A stretch of DNA of 63,999 nucleotides, counting the filler, from Albugo candida (taxonomy: Eukaryota): assembly GCA_040437565.1 (NCBI GenBank). It is 44 parts of 44 records of this genome, joined end to end, with 100 filler letters (N's around TTAATTAATTAA, not from the genome) between each part and the next. Parts side by side here need not be neighbours in the genome. Positions count along the whole stretch, not along the records: positions 48,496 to 49,828 come from JBDOQK010000545.1; positions 49,929 to 51,261 come from JBDOQK010000546.1; positions 51,362 to 52,692 come from JBDOQK010000547.1; positions 52,793 to 54,123 come from JBDOQK010000548.1; positions 54,224 to 55,553 come from JBDOQK010000549.1; positions 55,654 to 56,980 come from JBDOQK010000550.1; positions 57,081 to 58,406 come from JBDOQK010000551.1; positions 58,507 to 59,828 come from JBDOQK010000552.1; 36 more parts are not named here. One strand, given 5' to 3'. Below the pieces are notes generated by a model. That model did not search any database and was not told the origin of the DNA. It was given only the letters and a program-made list of their open reading frames with translations. Within the stretch, counting starts at the first letter, position 1, and each line of letters starts with the position of its first letter. The translations under genes and the position numbers were made by a program. Positions 48,496-61,484 of this stretch are shown here, one piece after another.

Positions 48496-49575
48496 ACCGC
48501 TACCACCACTACCACCACTACCACCACGACCACCAGCACTACCACCACGACCAGCACTACCACCACGATTACCACCAGCACTACCACCACGACCAGCACG
48601 ACCACCACGACCACCACCACCACTACCACTACCACTACCACGACCACCACTACGATCACGACTACCTAGTATGCTTTGGATCAATTCCTCTCTTTCTTCG
48701 GCCGACACGTGGTTGAATGTGTTGTAAGGAATTTCACCAGGACGAACAGTCGACGAAACTCCAGGAACAACAGGTGTAACTGGTATATCTTCAGTAACTT
48801 CTTCCTCAACCGTAGTACGATGTTGAGCTACAGGCTCAGTGGCTAGATCACCCTCCTCTGCTCCTACTTCAGTTTCAGTTGGTTCTGTTGGTGTAGGTGC
48901 AGGTGCAGGTGTAGTTGCGGGTGTATTTGTTGGTGCAGGTGCAGGAGTAGTTGTTGAAGCAGGTGTAGGTGTAGGTGTTGTTGGTACAGGTGTTGTTGGT
49001 ACAGGTGTGGGTGCTAATGTTGACGATGCGCTTGTTGGTCTGTAGCTCTCATGATTTACCGTAAAATCGCCAGAGTGAGAATCGTATACAATAGGAGCAT
49101 TTGCTTCCGCACGAGTAGCAAGAAAAGCATCCATTTCGTGGAAGTACGGGCTGTTAGGAATGAAATTCTCTACACCAGTACGGTTTTTAGCAGCGAGATC
49201 GATACGGTACTCGGTCTTCAAGACGTTCCAACGAGTATAAAGCTGTTGCCAGTTTTTTCTAAACGTTCCAAAAGTACCTTCGCTAGCTTCATAAGCATCA
49301 ACGACGCGCTGACGTACTGCGGTAGTTTCGATGGTGGTTGATGCTGCATCGAGAGCCTTCAAATTACTACCAATTGCTTCAATCAAGGCCAAGTCTCTAG
49401 ATTCTTGGGTAGCTGCGACTCTAGGAGTTCCTGGAATTAACTCAGAAGATGTAGCAGTCGAAGGTCTTCCGCGTCTAGTCAATTGTTCGACGGTTTCAAG
49501 CGATCCACTGAACAATGAGAATGTGTGGACATGCTGAAAATTGTTGTTGTTATTGTTGTTGTTGTTGTTACTCAT
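48496..49575 (-). CDS. Myb/SANT-like (trihelix) DNA-binding protein with Pro/Thr-rich and RGG-rich tail; probable PIF/Harbinger accessory ORF (3' partial)
   Basis: KNWQQLYTRWNVLKTEYR...KNRTG...SPYFHEMDAFL matches the trihelix pattern. The contig edge reads GGGTGACG on this strand, compatible with a Harbinger end. Confidence 0.65.
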
Positions 49576-51362
49576 TTTGAAATGTTAAAAATAAATTTGG
49601 GAGGGCAAAAAGAAAAAAGGTAAGTGAAAAATATGTTGCTGGTTATTTTAGAGAAAAACATGTTTTGTATCCCAAAACGTGTATTTTTTTTTTCGCTAGT
49701 CCTAAACGAGATAAAATGAGACGGGTGGAGGCAACTCATTTTATCTTCTTTGGGATAATAAAATAATTGATCGTTTTAGGCAGGTTTATGTTATACCAAT
49801 TACTTTAACAAGGCAAAATACGTCACCCNNNNNNNNNNNNNNNNNNNNNNNNNNNNNNNNNNNNNNNNNNNNTTAATTAATTAANNNNNNNNNNNNNNNN
49901 NNNNNNNNNNNNNNNNNNNNNNNNNNNNAAGCCAACTTCACTATCAAGCCACACTACTAGGAAAACCCTCACAGTAATACCTTCTCATACATTACCAACT
50001 GTATTTTCCAATACTAGAATTAGCGAGCCAACTCCTATATCAGTCCATACTATCGGCTACGCACTTTCGGTTCCCATGAGGAGGTAGTCAGCAATCCATA
50101 TTAATAATAGAACTAGCAAGCCAATTCATTATCATACTTCGCATACCAGACTACCCGCCTAAGCGCTCCCCAGTCTATTAATATAGAGAAAACCACTAAC
50201 AGCAATTTCCATACTATAGTTCACAAACTGGATCCTAACCACTCAGACAGGGGAAAACAAGTTGTCCAAAACATCTTAATACCAGAAACCCACACGCCAT
50301 TCCCGAACAAAAAATATTTTTTCCAACTCACCACCCCATATATATAGGGGCGAGTGCACGCTCGATCACCAAGGGAGTCGTTCTTCGTGGTAGAAAATCA
50401 ATAGAGAATGTAGGGGATTAATAACAGGCCATAGAGTTCCTATTTGAGCTCGGTATACTTTAATCAAGCTTGTGTTTCGTAATTTATAATGGCGGATACC
50501 CACCCGAAAGTACCTTACCCCTATACTCGTATAAGTACGTATTTTATGTGGACCCGACAATAAGTACGTAATATTTGATTAAGTACGAAAGATACGTGTC
50601 AAATCGTGTAAGAAAAATTAGTTTTCGTCGGATTGCGTCATCTGTAGGTAAGTTTTGTATACCACTTCATTTACGAATATTGTAGCAGAGATACAGTTCA
50701 ACTTTTCCTTCCATAGTATAAGGTGGTATTTATTCAGCGGTTTGAAAGTTATTTAAACAAATGTAAAGTTATGTAAACTTTATGTAACATTTCGCCGACT
50801 GGCGAAATTGGATGGTGTGCGTCACACCAAATAATCGCGAAGCGCACAAAATTTTGGCGCAAAAGTTCAAATTTAGACGTCAATATTACGGAAAAACATG
50901 AATATTTCGCACTTTTCCACTTTTTTTCCACTACATCTTGAATAACTTTTTCTCCTGGAACTCTTTTTTCAATCTGACTGAAAGGTGGGTGATTGTGTGT
51001 GTAATTGTACCTAGATCAATCGTTGTTTCGGGGAAATTCCCAAATTTTTCCGGAAAAGTGGTGTTTTCGAAGCTTTGGTGGCGACAACTACGAGCTAGAT
51101 GAATTAGTGTCCATGTTATTCGGTGGAAAATAAATCTACACGATTTTGTGAGTTTGCATAGGATTTCTGAATATGAGGCCACTTTTAGGTGCGGAATTTT
51201 ACGGAGATTATGAATCCGTTCGATCCAAACGATTTGCATCCGAATTGACTTCACGGTAGTCNNNNNNNNNNNNNNNNNNNNNNNNNNNNNNNNNNNNNNN
51301 NNNNNTTAATTAATTAANNNNNNNNNNNNNNNNNNNNNNNNNNNNNNNNNNNNNNNNNNNNC

Positions 51363-51960
51363 ATGATGTTTTGGAATGAAGAAGAATTGGTTGTGGAACG
51401 CTTGCGTTTGAGAGACCTCTTGGACATCTTGGAAATGGACCGTCCTCTTCATGTTGAACCCAGCTTGCAGTTACATGTAAGAATGATCGTAAATCTTTAC
51501 AATTATTATGTATTGCAAAGATCAATTGTGGCTTCTATGACCAACATAAGAAGAGAGCAAGCTGGGCCTGGAGAGGTGGTCGGCGATGTTACAAATGTAG
51601 AGTTGTATAGAGGTAAAAAAGAGAAATGATCTAGAAAACAAAAATTTGTCTGCTTATAACCTTTTTTTTAAAGATGAAATTTTTCGAGGAAGAGCAGCAA
51701 GTATTAATCGTTGGTCATATGCTGCATCTTCCTTGGTAAGATTGATTGATTTTGGCGGTCTGGTTGTTTTCGTGGTACCTGAAGTCAGCAACATGCAAAA
51801 CGTAATCAGTCGTGCCAGGGGTTATGCTGAGGCTCGTGACCAATGGATGAGAAACGGGGAATTGACTTTGACGGAGCGTTTGGTAAGAAGAAACGACAAT
51901 TATGAAGAGATTCATTTCGTGTTGGAAATGAATCGTGAATATATGCTTTTATTTTATTAA
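51363..51960 (+). CDS. Hypothetical two-exon ORF (intron about 51613-51673), probably transposon-borne
   Basis: Two ORFs separated by GTAAAA...TTTAAAG; followed by a repeat array. Confidence 0.35.
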
Positions 51961-52052
51961 ATAATAAAAAAAAATGTTTCTTCTTTCCTTTTACATTTAT
52001 TTTTGCTTGTAAGATTTTGGCTTTAAACATAGTATTTTTGAAAATCATATTA

Positions 52053-52692
52053 AGCGTGCACTTCGAAAATAAATCAAGGCTGAGCTGAAAATCAACTTAG
52101 ACGTGAACTTCGAAATAAAATTTTAAGCGTGAACTTTGGAAATAGAAATAAGTGTGACTTCGAAAGAGTTAAGCTGGCACTTCGAAAATATTAGCGTCAG
52201 CTTCGAAATAAAATTTAAGCGTGAGCTTCGAAATAAAATTTTAAGCGTGAACTTTGAAAATAGAAATAAGTATGACTTCGAAAGAGTTAAGCTGGCGCTT
52301 CGAAAATATAAACGTGAGCTTCGAAATAAAATTTTAAGCGTGAACTTTGGAAATAGAAATAAGTGTGAATTCGAAAGAGTTAAGCTGGCACTTCGAAAAT
52401 ATAAGCGTGAGCTTCGAAATAAAATTTAAGCGTGAGCTTAGAAATAAAATTTTAAGCGTGAACTTTGAAAATAGAAATAAGTATGACTTCGAAAGAGTTA
52501 AGCTGGCGCTTCGAAAATATTAGCGTGAGCTTCGAAATAAAATTTTAAGCGTGAACTTTGGAAATAAAAATAAGCTTGACTTTGAAACAATAAGTGTGAC
52601 TTCGAAAGAGTTAAGCTGGAGCTTCGAAAATATTAGCGTGAGCTTCGAAATAAAATTTTAAGCGTGAACTTTGGAAATAAAAATAAGTGTGA
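52053..52692. repeat. Hierarchical tandem array of about 21-26 bp AAGCGTGAGCTTCGAAA-type monomers in about 90-120 bp higher-order units
   Basis: AAGCGTGAACTTTGGAAATAGAAATAAGTGTGACTTCGAAAGAGTTAAGCTGGC recurs about 5 times. Confidence 0.92.
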
Positions 52693-52792
52693 NNNNNNNN
52701 NNNNNNNNNNNNNNNNNNNNNNNNNNNNNNNNNNNNTTAATTAATTAANNNNNNNNNNNNNNNNNNNNNNNNNNNNNNNNNNNNNNNNNNNN

Positions 52793-53230
52793 GTTGCGCG
52801 CAATCCATCCGCTTTGCGATGTACTTCGTCATTTTCTAGTCGTAGTGCTTTGCAAAGCTTCTTACATAAGTTTGGTGAATCAATGTTGGTATCAGGGTGC
52901 TTTGTAACGATAGTACTGCTGGCTGAGACTTGCTTCAGCTGTTGCTGATATTCTTCAAGTAGTCGTACAGCGTACTGATATTCGGTTTGAACTTTTGTGA
53001 GGATGATTGTTCGATCCTCCAGCTCTGATAGAATCGTTCTTAGCTGCAACGAAAGCTTCTCAATGCAATCCTTTTGATCAGCCGCCTCGGTTGCTTGCTG
53101 TTGGAGTCGCAATGTCAATATTTCGTTCATTTGTGCTAGCTCGACTAGCGCCTCATTTTGATGCGTAAATGATGACTCTGATTGAGCCTTCGAATCCCTG
53201 AGATGACCAATCTCTCTCTTGAGCGACTCG
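52793..53230 (-). CDS. Hypothetical coiled-coil protein fragment
   Basis: Heptad-rich QNEALVELAQMNEILTLRLQQQ...; the upstream ORF 53145..53339 is in another frame. Confidence 0.4.
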
Positions 53231-54361
53231 TTCTATTTGCGGAGTCTTTGGAGCTCGTTACTGACGGTCGCTTAGTTTGCTGAGGTTGCTGGCCGGGTCC
53301 GCTGGTGTGGCTGCTCCTGAATTGGAACATAGCCTTCATTTAACGGGGTTACACGTCGGTTAGTCACCGTTAGGACAGTGTGGTACACATTTGGGACGCT
53401 TTGAGTTATGAAATAGATGTCGGTTTGTGGGAGCTGACGCGTGTCAGCCACCGGAATTTAGTACCTAGATCAGGTACGTTTAGAGTAAGGAACTCTTCTA
53501 TAAAAAATAAATAATGTTAGTTTCCCTTTTGATCAGTTAAACACACGTGCCTGGCTAAGGCGTCTCAGATCTTGTGCACTTTGTGTTGTCGATTCCCTGA
53601 TTCGTTAGGTTCCTTGAAAAAGGACCTTAAGCTCTGAAGCTTCTTGACTCGTTAGGTCGAGTTCTCTTCATAAACTAAACTGCTCTTCGAGCAGATAGAC
53701 TTCCTCTGGCAAAGAGGTATAGCAGCTCTGCTACACTCCGCCAACGCGAAGCATATTCGCAGGTTTGAGTCGCGAGTTTGTGCTGTTGTTTGTCGGGTGT
53801 TCATCGTTGGTTAATTTGCTAGTGAGAATCAAAGCAGTCCGAGTATTAAGCATCGAAGATGAAAGAATACGACAGAAGAAAAAGAACAGCATTATATTGA
53901 GTCTCTTAGCAGGAAATTCGCGTCTCCGATTCCTATAGTAATTCCTAGTATCGTTATAAAGCCCGGATATAAATTAGAAAAGCCAGATGGGAATTGACCA
54001 ATTCAAGAGTGAGCTGGCACAAAATGACCAGCCAATAGAGACTTTATAAAGGAAACGTTTATTGAGTCGAAAGGAAGACATTATGTGGGATATTAATGCA
54101 ATTTGTGAACATTACTGTAATGANNNNNNNNNNNNNNNNNNNNNNNNNNNNNNNNNNNNNNNNNNNNTTAATTAATTAANNNNNNNNNNNNNNNNNNNNN
54201 NNNNNNNNNNNNNNNNNNNNNNNTTTTTTTATAAAACATAATCATATCAATATCATTCTGTTTTATTACATTTTTTACAATTACCCTTTATTTCAAAAAA
54301 CAATACAAAACCACATTACACTATCTACACTACCCATTTTACTTTTAAAAACTAAACAAAA

Positions 54362-55553
54362 ATGACCAACACTTTACCTGAAAATAATAAAAAGGGCACA
54401 CAAGAAAGATTACTTTCTGATGCTGAACTCGACATCCTTGACGTTGGCAGAAAGGATATTGAGATGGGGGAAGCTGATTTAGCTGAGGGAGACGGTACCA
54501 CTTTGGCAACAAAGGTTACTGCTGGTAAGGGGGCGAAAGCCACTCTTGAAAGACTCAAGACGAAATACCAACGTCTTTATGAGCAATTCATCGCCGCTTG
54601 TGATAAGGATTCGGATGATGAGAGTGAAGGATCTGAGGGAGACATTCTTCAAGTAAGACTGGAGAAGTTGAAGGGGCGTATCGAGTTTTTGGAAAAAGAC
54701 TTGACTACTCCTGTTACTGTTCCTCAGGACAAAGTAGGCACTGCTGCTTCAAAGTGGGCTGAAAATAAGGAGGTTAGTCGTGCAGAGCAACGATTAATCA
54801 ATCACACACAGTTACCTGCTTGTCAGTTGAGAAACGGAGTGGATGCTGGTCGCGTTTGGGATGATAAGAAATGCAGCCATGATACCATTGAAAATTTTTT
54901 GGTCTTCTTTGAAAGAGTCATTAATTTTCATGCATGTCAAATTGAGGACTGCTGGAAAAGATACATATCAATGTGTTTTCACCCTGACTATAACGGTTGG
55001 ATGGACAGTACGCTCTTGAAATGTTCAACATGGAAAGACGCACGTAAAATGTGTATCGAGAAATTCGGGGAAAACGGTACTAATGATAGTAACATGTTGA
55101 AATTCATCGATGATGTACGAATGGAAAATGGAGAAACAATTGCTGGTTTCACAAACCGATTTGTTAACGCTGCACATGCCGCACAAAGAAAAATTGATTC
55201 GGAATTAGTGACGACGTTATACAAATATAGGTTGCACCCAACTTGTCATACACAAGTATTTGGGGCTATGGCAGCAAAACTTCAAATACATCCAGAATTC
55301 ATATTTACCGTGGATAACATGTGTGCTATTGCACGCAGTATATTTCAGGACACTCGCATCTATGATGAGGATGGAAATAGAAACAACGGGAATAGAAAAA
55401 GGAGAAACCAGGAGGAAGGATCGGATGCTAGAAAAAGGACATCAGCAAGTGCCGCTGGTGGTAACACTGGATTCTATTGCGGAAGACATGGTGGTGACAA
55501 AGCTAACCACAACTACAGCGAATGTAACAGTCATTCGATGGAAGAGAAAAGAA
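54362..55553 (+). CDS. gag: Ty3/Gypsy-type Gag with CHHC knuckle (3' partial); same family type as 45626-46955
   Basis: LPACQL...DTIENFLVFFERVI...WKDARKMCIEKFG...MENGETIAGFTNRF...YCGRHGGDKANHNYSEC. Confidence 0.78.
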
Positions 55554-58500
55554 NNNNNNNNNNNNNNNNNNNNNNNNNNNNNNNNNNNNNNNNNNNNTTA
55601 ATTAATTAANNNNNNNNNNNNNNNNNNNNNNNNNNNNNNNNNNNNNNNNNNNNATAAAAATACTGTAGGCTGATACCAAGCAAAAATATCAATACTATAT
55701 GACTCAGTCATTCAATCATAAAGGAGATTCAAGAAAGAAATTAGAAATTATTGCATCATTGTAAATTCAAATAGGGTTTGGTATTATGTTACTGTATTAC
55801 TCATTGTCTTTTACATAGTTATAAATGTATCACTTATAAAGAAAACGATCTTCTCTCTTGGAGAACAATGTCTGAATGGTCTAATACTATCAAAATCTGG
55901 GCCAATATTTTTGAGGCAATGTTTAAACGAACAAAAGTAATAAGTCTTGTTTGGTAAATAAGTTACGAAAAAAAAAGTATTCATTCTTTTTACTGAACGC
56001 CACAGCAATAGGGGCGAGTGACACCTTTAATGAAGTGTACAGAGTTGATTTAAGATTATGTTATAGATTCGAAGGAAAACCCTATATATAATATTACAAA
56101 CATAGAATTCAAAAAGACAGCTAAAAATCCTACTACTATACAAGATGACCAAGTCAAATTCTACTTGAAGGAAAAGCAACTTTAAATCAAAAGATCAAGA
56201 TGCTTAATTATAATTTTGAAGAAGCAAGAGCTGAAGAAATAATTTGTTTACAAATTTGCGGTAAATAATATTTAACAAACTTTTGATCTGATATTTATTT
56301 ACTGACTTTTCCGTTCGTATTTTTACTATAGGGTTAAGAGCCGTCTTTGGTAAGATTAGTTCAGTTTCCCGTGGGGCTTATGTAGTACGAAAATTTGACC
56401 CACCTAACATAAAAAAAATTTAAGCAATCTACAGAGAAAAATACTATCCAAATTCATGCAATAAAATTACCACATATTGAAGTATGTTTGAGCAAAATGA
56501 ATATGCATTCTGAGACAAATCATAATTTTGAGTTTTTATTATGTTATATTGTTTGCTTGGAAAACTTTTTTAGTTAAAATGATGAGTTGAAAATAAAATC
56601 ATCCACTTAATTGTAGTCTTCGATTTTTAAGCACCTGAAGACGAAACCATTTTGAGCAATCATCCAATTGAAGACTTCTCTACACAACAAAATTTTGAAA
56701 GGACGTTTTTTATGCACGCGGTGCCCTGCTATTTATTACACGGAAAACTGCATTTACACTGTTTCCCATTGACGAGTAAAAGGAGTACATTTTCTTTTGT
56801 TGATTTACACAATAAATAAATTAGCCAATCATATTTTATCAAAAAATTGAAAGTCACATTTGGCTCTGAACGCGTATTAACTCAACCACTTTACTTGTAT
56901 TTTCTTTTCTTTGTATTTTTTTTTTTGCTTTGCACATCAGATGGCCTCAGCGATTTCTATGGTTGAGATGTTCCTCTCATNNNNNNNNNNNNNNNNNNNN
57001 NNNNNNNNNNNNNNNNNNNNNNNNTTAATTAATTAANNNNNNNNNNNNNNNNNNNNNNNNNNNNNNNNNNNNNNNNNNNNCTCTTGTAAGTAAGCTCATT
57101 GTAATTACTGTTTCTCATTTCTCTTTTAGATTTTACAGTTTATTGACAATCTCCACTGTTGCGATGGAAACTCATGTTGTAGCCGTTAGTTGAACAAAGC
57201 GAGATGCGTGTTAAAGACAAGTAATTATTTCTTTTTTTATATAAAAAAAAAACTATAAAACGAAACGACGTTAGCACTAATCTCTTTTACAAATACATTA
57301 GACTTTAGGAAACAGATGCAACTCAATACAATATGCTTGTGCTAATTAACTTGACAACCTCTTCTTTCGGAAATTACGAACTGCTTTTTTCTTATGATAG
57401 TTTACACTTTGAATACCAAAACCAACAGCAAGTAAGTCAATAATGGAAACACTTTTAGTTACTTATTTTATTAATATATTTCTTGATTTAGAAAAAGGCA
57501 ATAGTATTAAATGTTAAAGGTAAATATCACTTGTATTTACATTAATGTTCATGTTGTTAATTCTTTTTATTTAGGTTTTTATTATAGATATCTACGTAGT
57601 ATTGTATCAATTCCAAAGTTTAATAAAGCATAGTAAGTAAGCCTACAATTGATTAAGGATTTGGACAGATAGTCTAGGGTGCTAGATCTTGCTTTCATTA
57701 CAAGTTGCAAGGGTATATACGTTAAAGAACAACATGTACAATAGCTGCATAATATTATTTATCAAATAAAATTTTTTTTATCAAATTTATAAGCCCAATA
57801 ATATCAAATGTATAATAATTATAAGCCAATGAAGGAAGCTATATAGATTTTAAAGAACCAATAATATAGATATGATGTATGAAACAAACCCAATTGCCTT
57901 TACTATATAAACCGTAAAATGCATTATTTTATACCAGCAAAATGTATAATTTACAGATATAATAATACGGAAGGACTATATATCATTATCCAATGCCAAA
58001 AATTAACAGTCTATTTCTCATTGTCTAGTAGATAAAATGAACTGAAAACAATTAATTTTTCTGGTTTCGTTTTCTGTTAGTAAATTAACAAATATCTCGC
58101 TTTAATGTTCCGGCTTCCCAAATATGTGCTATCCTCGAGTCCAAGAATATTATTAGGAATATGACTTATTACCAGCTAATTTTATGCTAATATTAGCGAT
58201 CACTTTCCCCCAGTGTCTCACTGGAGATTTTTGATTTTTTAGTACGTCCAAGAGTACGGAAAAGAGTTTATAATCGTATTGAAAAAAAAATAAAATTACA
58301 AAAAAATCGTAGCAAGCTAAGATTTTGCATATAGATGCAGAAACGTATTTGGAACAACTTTGTAGCTTGGAGTTTTTTGATAAAGTAAATATTGAGTGAG
58401 TTATGTNNNNNNNNNNNNNNNNNNNNNNNNNNNNNNNNNNNNNNNNNNNNTTAATTAATTAANNNNNNNNNNNNNNNNNNNNNNNNNNNNNNNNNNNNNN

Positions 58501-58688
58501 NNNNNNGATGCAGACGAGTAGAAAAGTTTCTTTTTTTTTTCAATAAACTATTTTTTTAACATATACAAGAGTGATTTTATTTATTATATGTTTTATAAAT
58601 TCATTGAATGATAATGATATCAAGCTGTGTCCATCTTTTCCATCTATTTTAAAGCTTTTCATTGCATTATTACGGCTTGTAGAATCAC

Positions 58689-58832
58689 TTTTTTAAAAAT
58701 AACGATTATATTATACTCCACGTTATAATCGTTTTTTTAAAAAATCGATTATATAACGCTCTACAATATAATCGCTTTTTTAAAAATCGATTATATAACG
58801 GTCCATGGCCTAATCCTTTTTCAAAAAAATCG
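58689..58832. repeat. Alternating direct/inverted AAAAATCGATTATA / TATAATCG(T/C)TTTTT array
   Basis: About 45-bp palindromic units, 3 copies. Confidence 0.75.
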
Positions 58833-59933
58833 TCACTGTTGCAGGAATCCACTGTCTATCACCTGTCAAATTAAATGTAAACATTTAGCAACTATCTTTG
58901 ATACATAACTTTTAAAATTAAACGTTACCTGTCTTTTTTTTTAAAAAAAATAAAGATTTACCCAAACGATGAAGTGAAATCTCCACGTCAATGTCAAAAC
59001 AGTAAGGCAGATCGTAGGTCATGTATTTTATGTTGAAGAAATTGCATCGTGTTTTGATGGTTAAACTTGCAAAGGATATAATCTTCTTTTTTTTAAAAAA
59101 AAAAAGGTGTTTGTACGCGTCTTTTTTAAAAAATCGTCTTGATGTCGACAGATGCCTTTAGTATTTAGTCCTTTACTTGCTTTTCGAATGGTGTTTATGA
59201 ATGTGAAAACTGTTTTTTATCATCAGATTGAACATTTTAACAAGATGCGTGTATAAAAGGTAAGAAAAAAAAAAAAAAAAAAAAAAGTGAACCTGAAAAA
59301 GAGATACGTCACAAATCTAATTGTTTACGTGCACCGCAAAGTGCTACATACACTACAAAAATTTCCACGCTTGAAGAATCCCCCCTTATAACTAAAATTT
59401 AAATATAGTATAACTCTACCAATTAATTTTTTTTTACAAAACCTTCAGTCTGGAACTTGCTTAAAATATATTCCTACATATATTATTGAAAGAAAAAAAA
59501 TAGCATACAAATATAAAAATGTCTTTTTTGCACGCTTGAAAATTTACCGCTTAAGGTATTTGGGTGGCGTCTAGTAAGTGTGGTAAATAATTTTTAAGCG
59601 TGTAAATTATAAGCTGTAAAATCATGTAATTTTGAATTGCAATAGCTACCGCAATAATTTTTTTTTCGTAAAAATTTAAGCTACAATAATTTTTGAAATG
59701 TTTTTTTGCATCTGCTGCCAAAGTTACAAGTTGCTGGCACCATTTTTTAATTTTATTTTTATTAATATACTTTTATGCGCTTGTCCTCCGGAGTATCGTC
59801 AGGCCTATTTTTACCGTTCTTTCCAGTGNNNNNNNNNNNNNNNNNNNNNNNNNNNNNNNNNNNNNNNNNNNNTTAATTAATTAANNNNNNNNNNNNNNNN
59901 NNNNNNNNNNNNNNNNNNNNNNNNNNNNAGTAA

Positions 59934-60360
59934 CACCATGAAAATAAAAATATGCTCATACGTCCCGTATCTATCAAGGATGTGCGTTTAATACGGCAAC
60001 ATATGGATTCTTAGCAAACAAACGTTTTCATGTGCGGGAATTAGGTATATGTCAAGCATATAGATGTGCTAAACTAAAAAATGCATATCGAGCAAATATA
60101 AGTTCATTCGTTCTATTTAAAACGTTTTGAGCAAACATATGCTCATTCGGGACACATCTATCACCTTCATATGCTTTTATTTTTTAAACCGTATACAGCG
60201 TATGTACGCTATAAATCACACACATTCAACCTAAAGACGCCTTATATATGCTCAATATAACCACATAATAACGAAACGTACCTTTCATACGTTTGCATCT
60301 GCCCTGATCAAGACGTAATCCAACGAATAATAGCTGAAAAATGGCCATATTTGCTCTTTT
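59934..60360 (+). mobile_element. CACC-terminated element end with CATATG/ATATGCTC-rich subterminal region
   Basis: CACCATGAAAATAAAAAT at 59934, as at 61485 and 24034. Confidence 0.6.
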
Positions 60361-61484
60361 ACTCTCTATAAATTGGTTTTTGCTTAGGGCTCAGCAAATA
60401 GAAATGGTTTATTAACAACATTGAACAAATAGAATTACATGTATATTATTAGATTTAGTAGAATAAATGGTTTATTTGATAAAAAACGATATAGAAGTAT
60501 TTAGGTTATGAGTGTCTGTAATTGATATTATATACAAATGAGAGAGATGAGAAGGTATAATTGTATTGAAAATAAGGGGCATTAATAACAATGTATTATG
60601 TGGTAAAAGGCCCGCGAGGGCAAGAGATCAATATATAATGGGGGTCAGCTAAAGGAGAATTCATGTTATGATTAATTGAGCTAAATAAATAATGTATTAG
60701 TAAAATGTATGTTCTACAACACATTTAGTAAAAGGTAATAACTAATAACTCACCTCTCCAGTAGTACGCTACCACATGATTACTATATTTCATAACAATA
60801 AAAAAGTAAGAGACAACACGTAGCATGTACACACAACAATAGACTTACAATGAATAAAGAAAAGATGTACAATATTTTGTTAGCAAGTGAAAGTGAGCTA
60901 AAAAAAAATTTGTCAGATGTTTTGAGGTAAATGTCGAAACATAAAGATGATTACCAAATTACGACATGTGCTCACCAGGGGTACCAAATACCAACCAGAA
61001 GTATCAAGACAGTTAGAGAATAGTATATTTTGAGATGGGAAAGAGTTGCAAGTGATTTTGTTTTTTAATGTTCAACAATGAGCTTCAAGGAGAGGAGACA
61101 AGCCAAAAAAGTAAACAAGATGAGTTGACATGGGCAACAATCGCTAGAACAAAAATTAAAGGAAGGTTTAACATACTTTTGTAATAAATACTAAATATAT
61201 TTGAGACCAAGAGAATGCCAGCATAGAAAATTTAGACTTCAGAAAAGNNNNNNNNNNNNNNNNNNNNNNNNNNNNNNNNNNNNNNNNNNNNTTAATTAAT
61301 TAANNNNNNNNNNNNNNNNNNNNNNNNNNNNNNNNNNNNNNNNNNNNAACATGCAAGTATTAATGAGTTGATTGCAAATCTTGCATCGGGGCAAACAAGC
61401 AAAGGAGTGACACTTGATGGTATTATTCTGAAAAAAACATCTTCTCAATCACATGCACGAGTTTTTGAAGTGATTTCGCTATAA

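Noticed and set aside
56305..56337. ...ACTATAGGG|TTAA as a piggyBac end
   Set aside because: Only one putative end, with no partner TIR or transposase in the contig.
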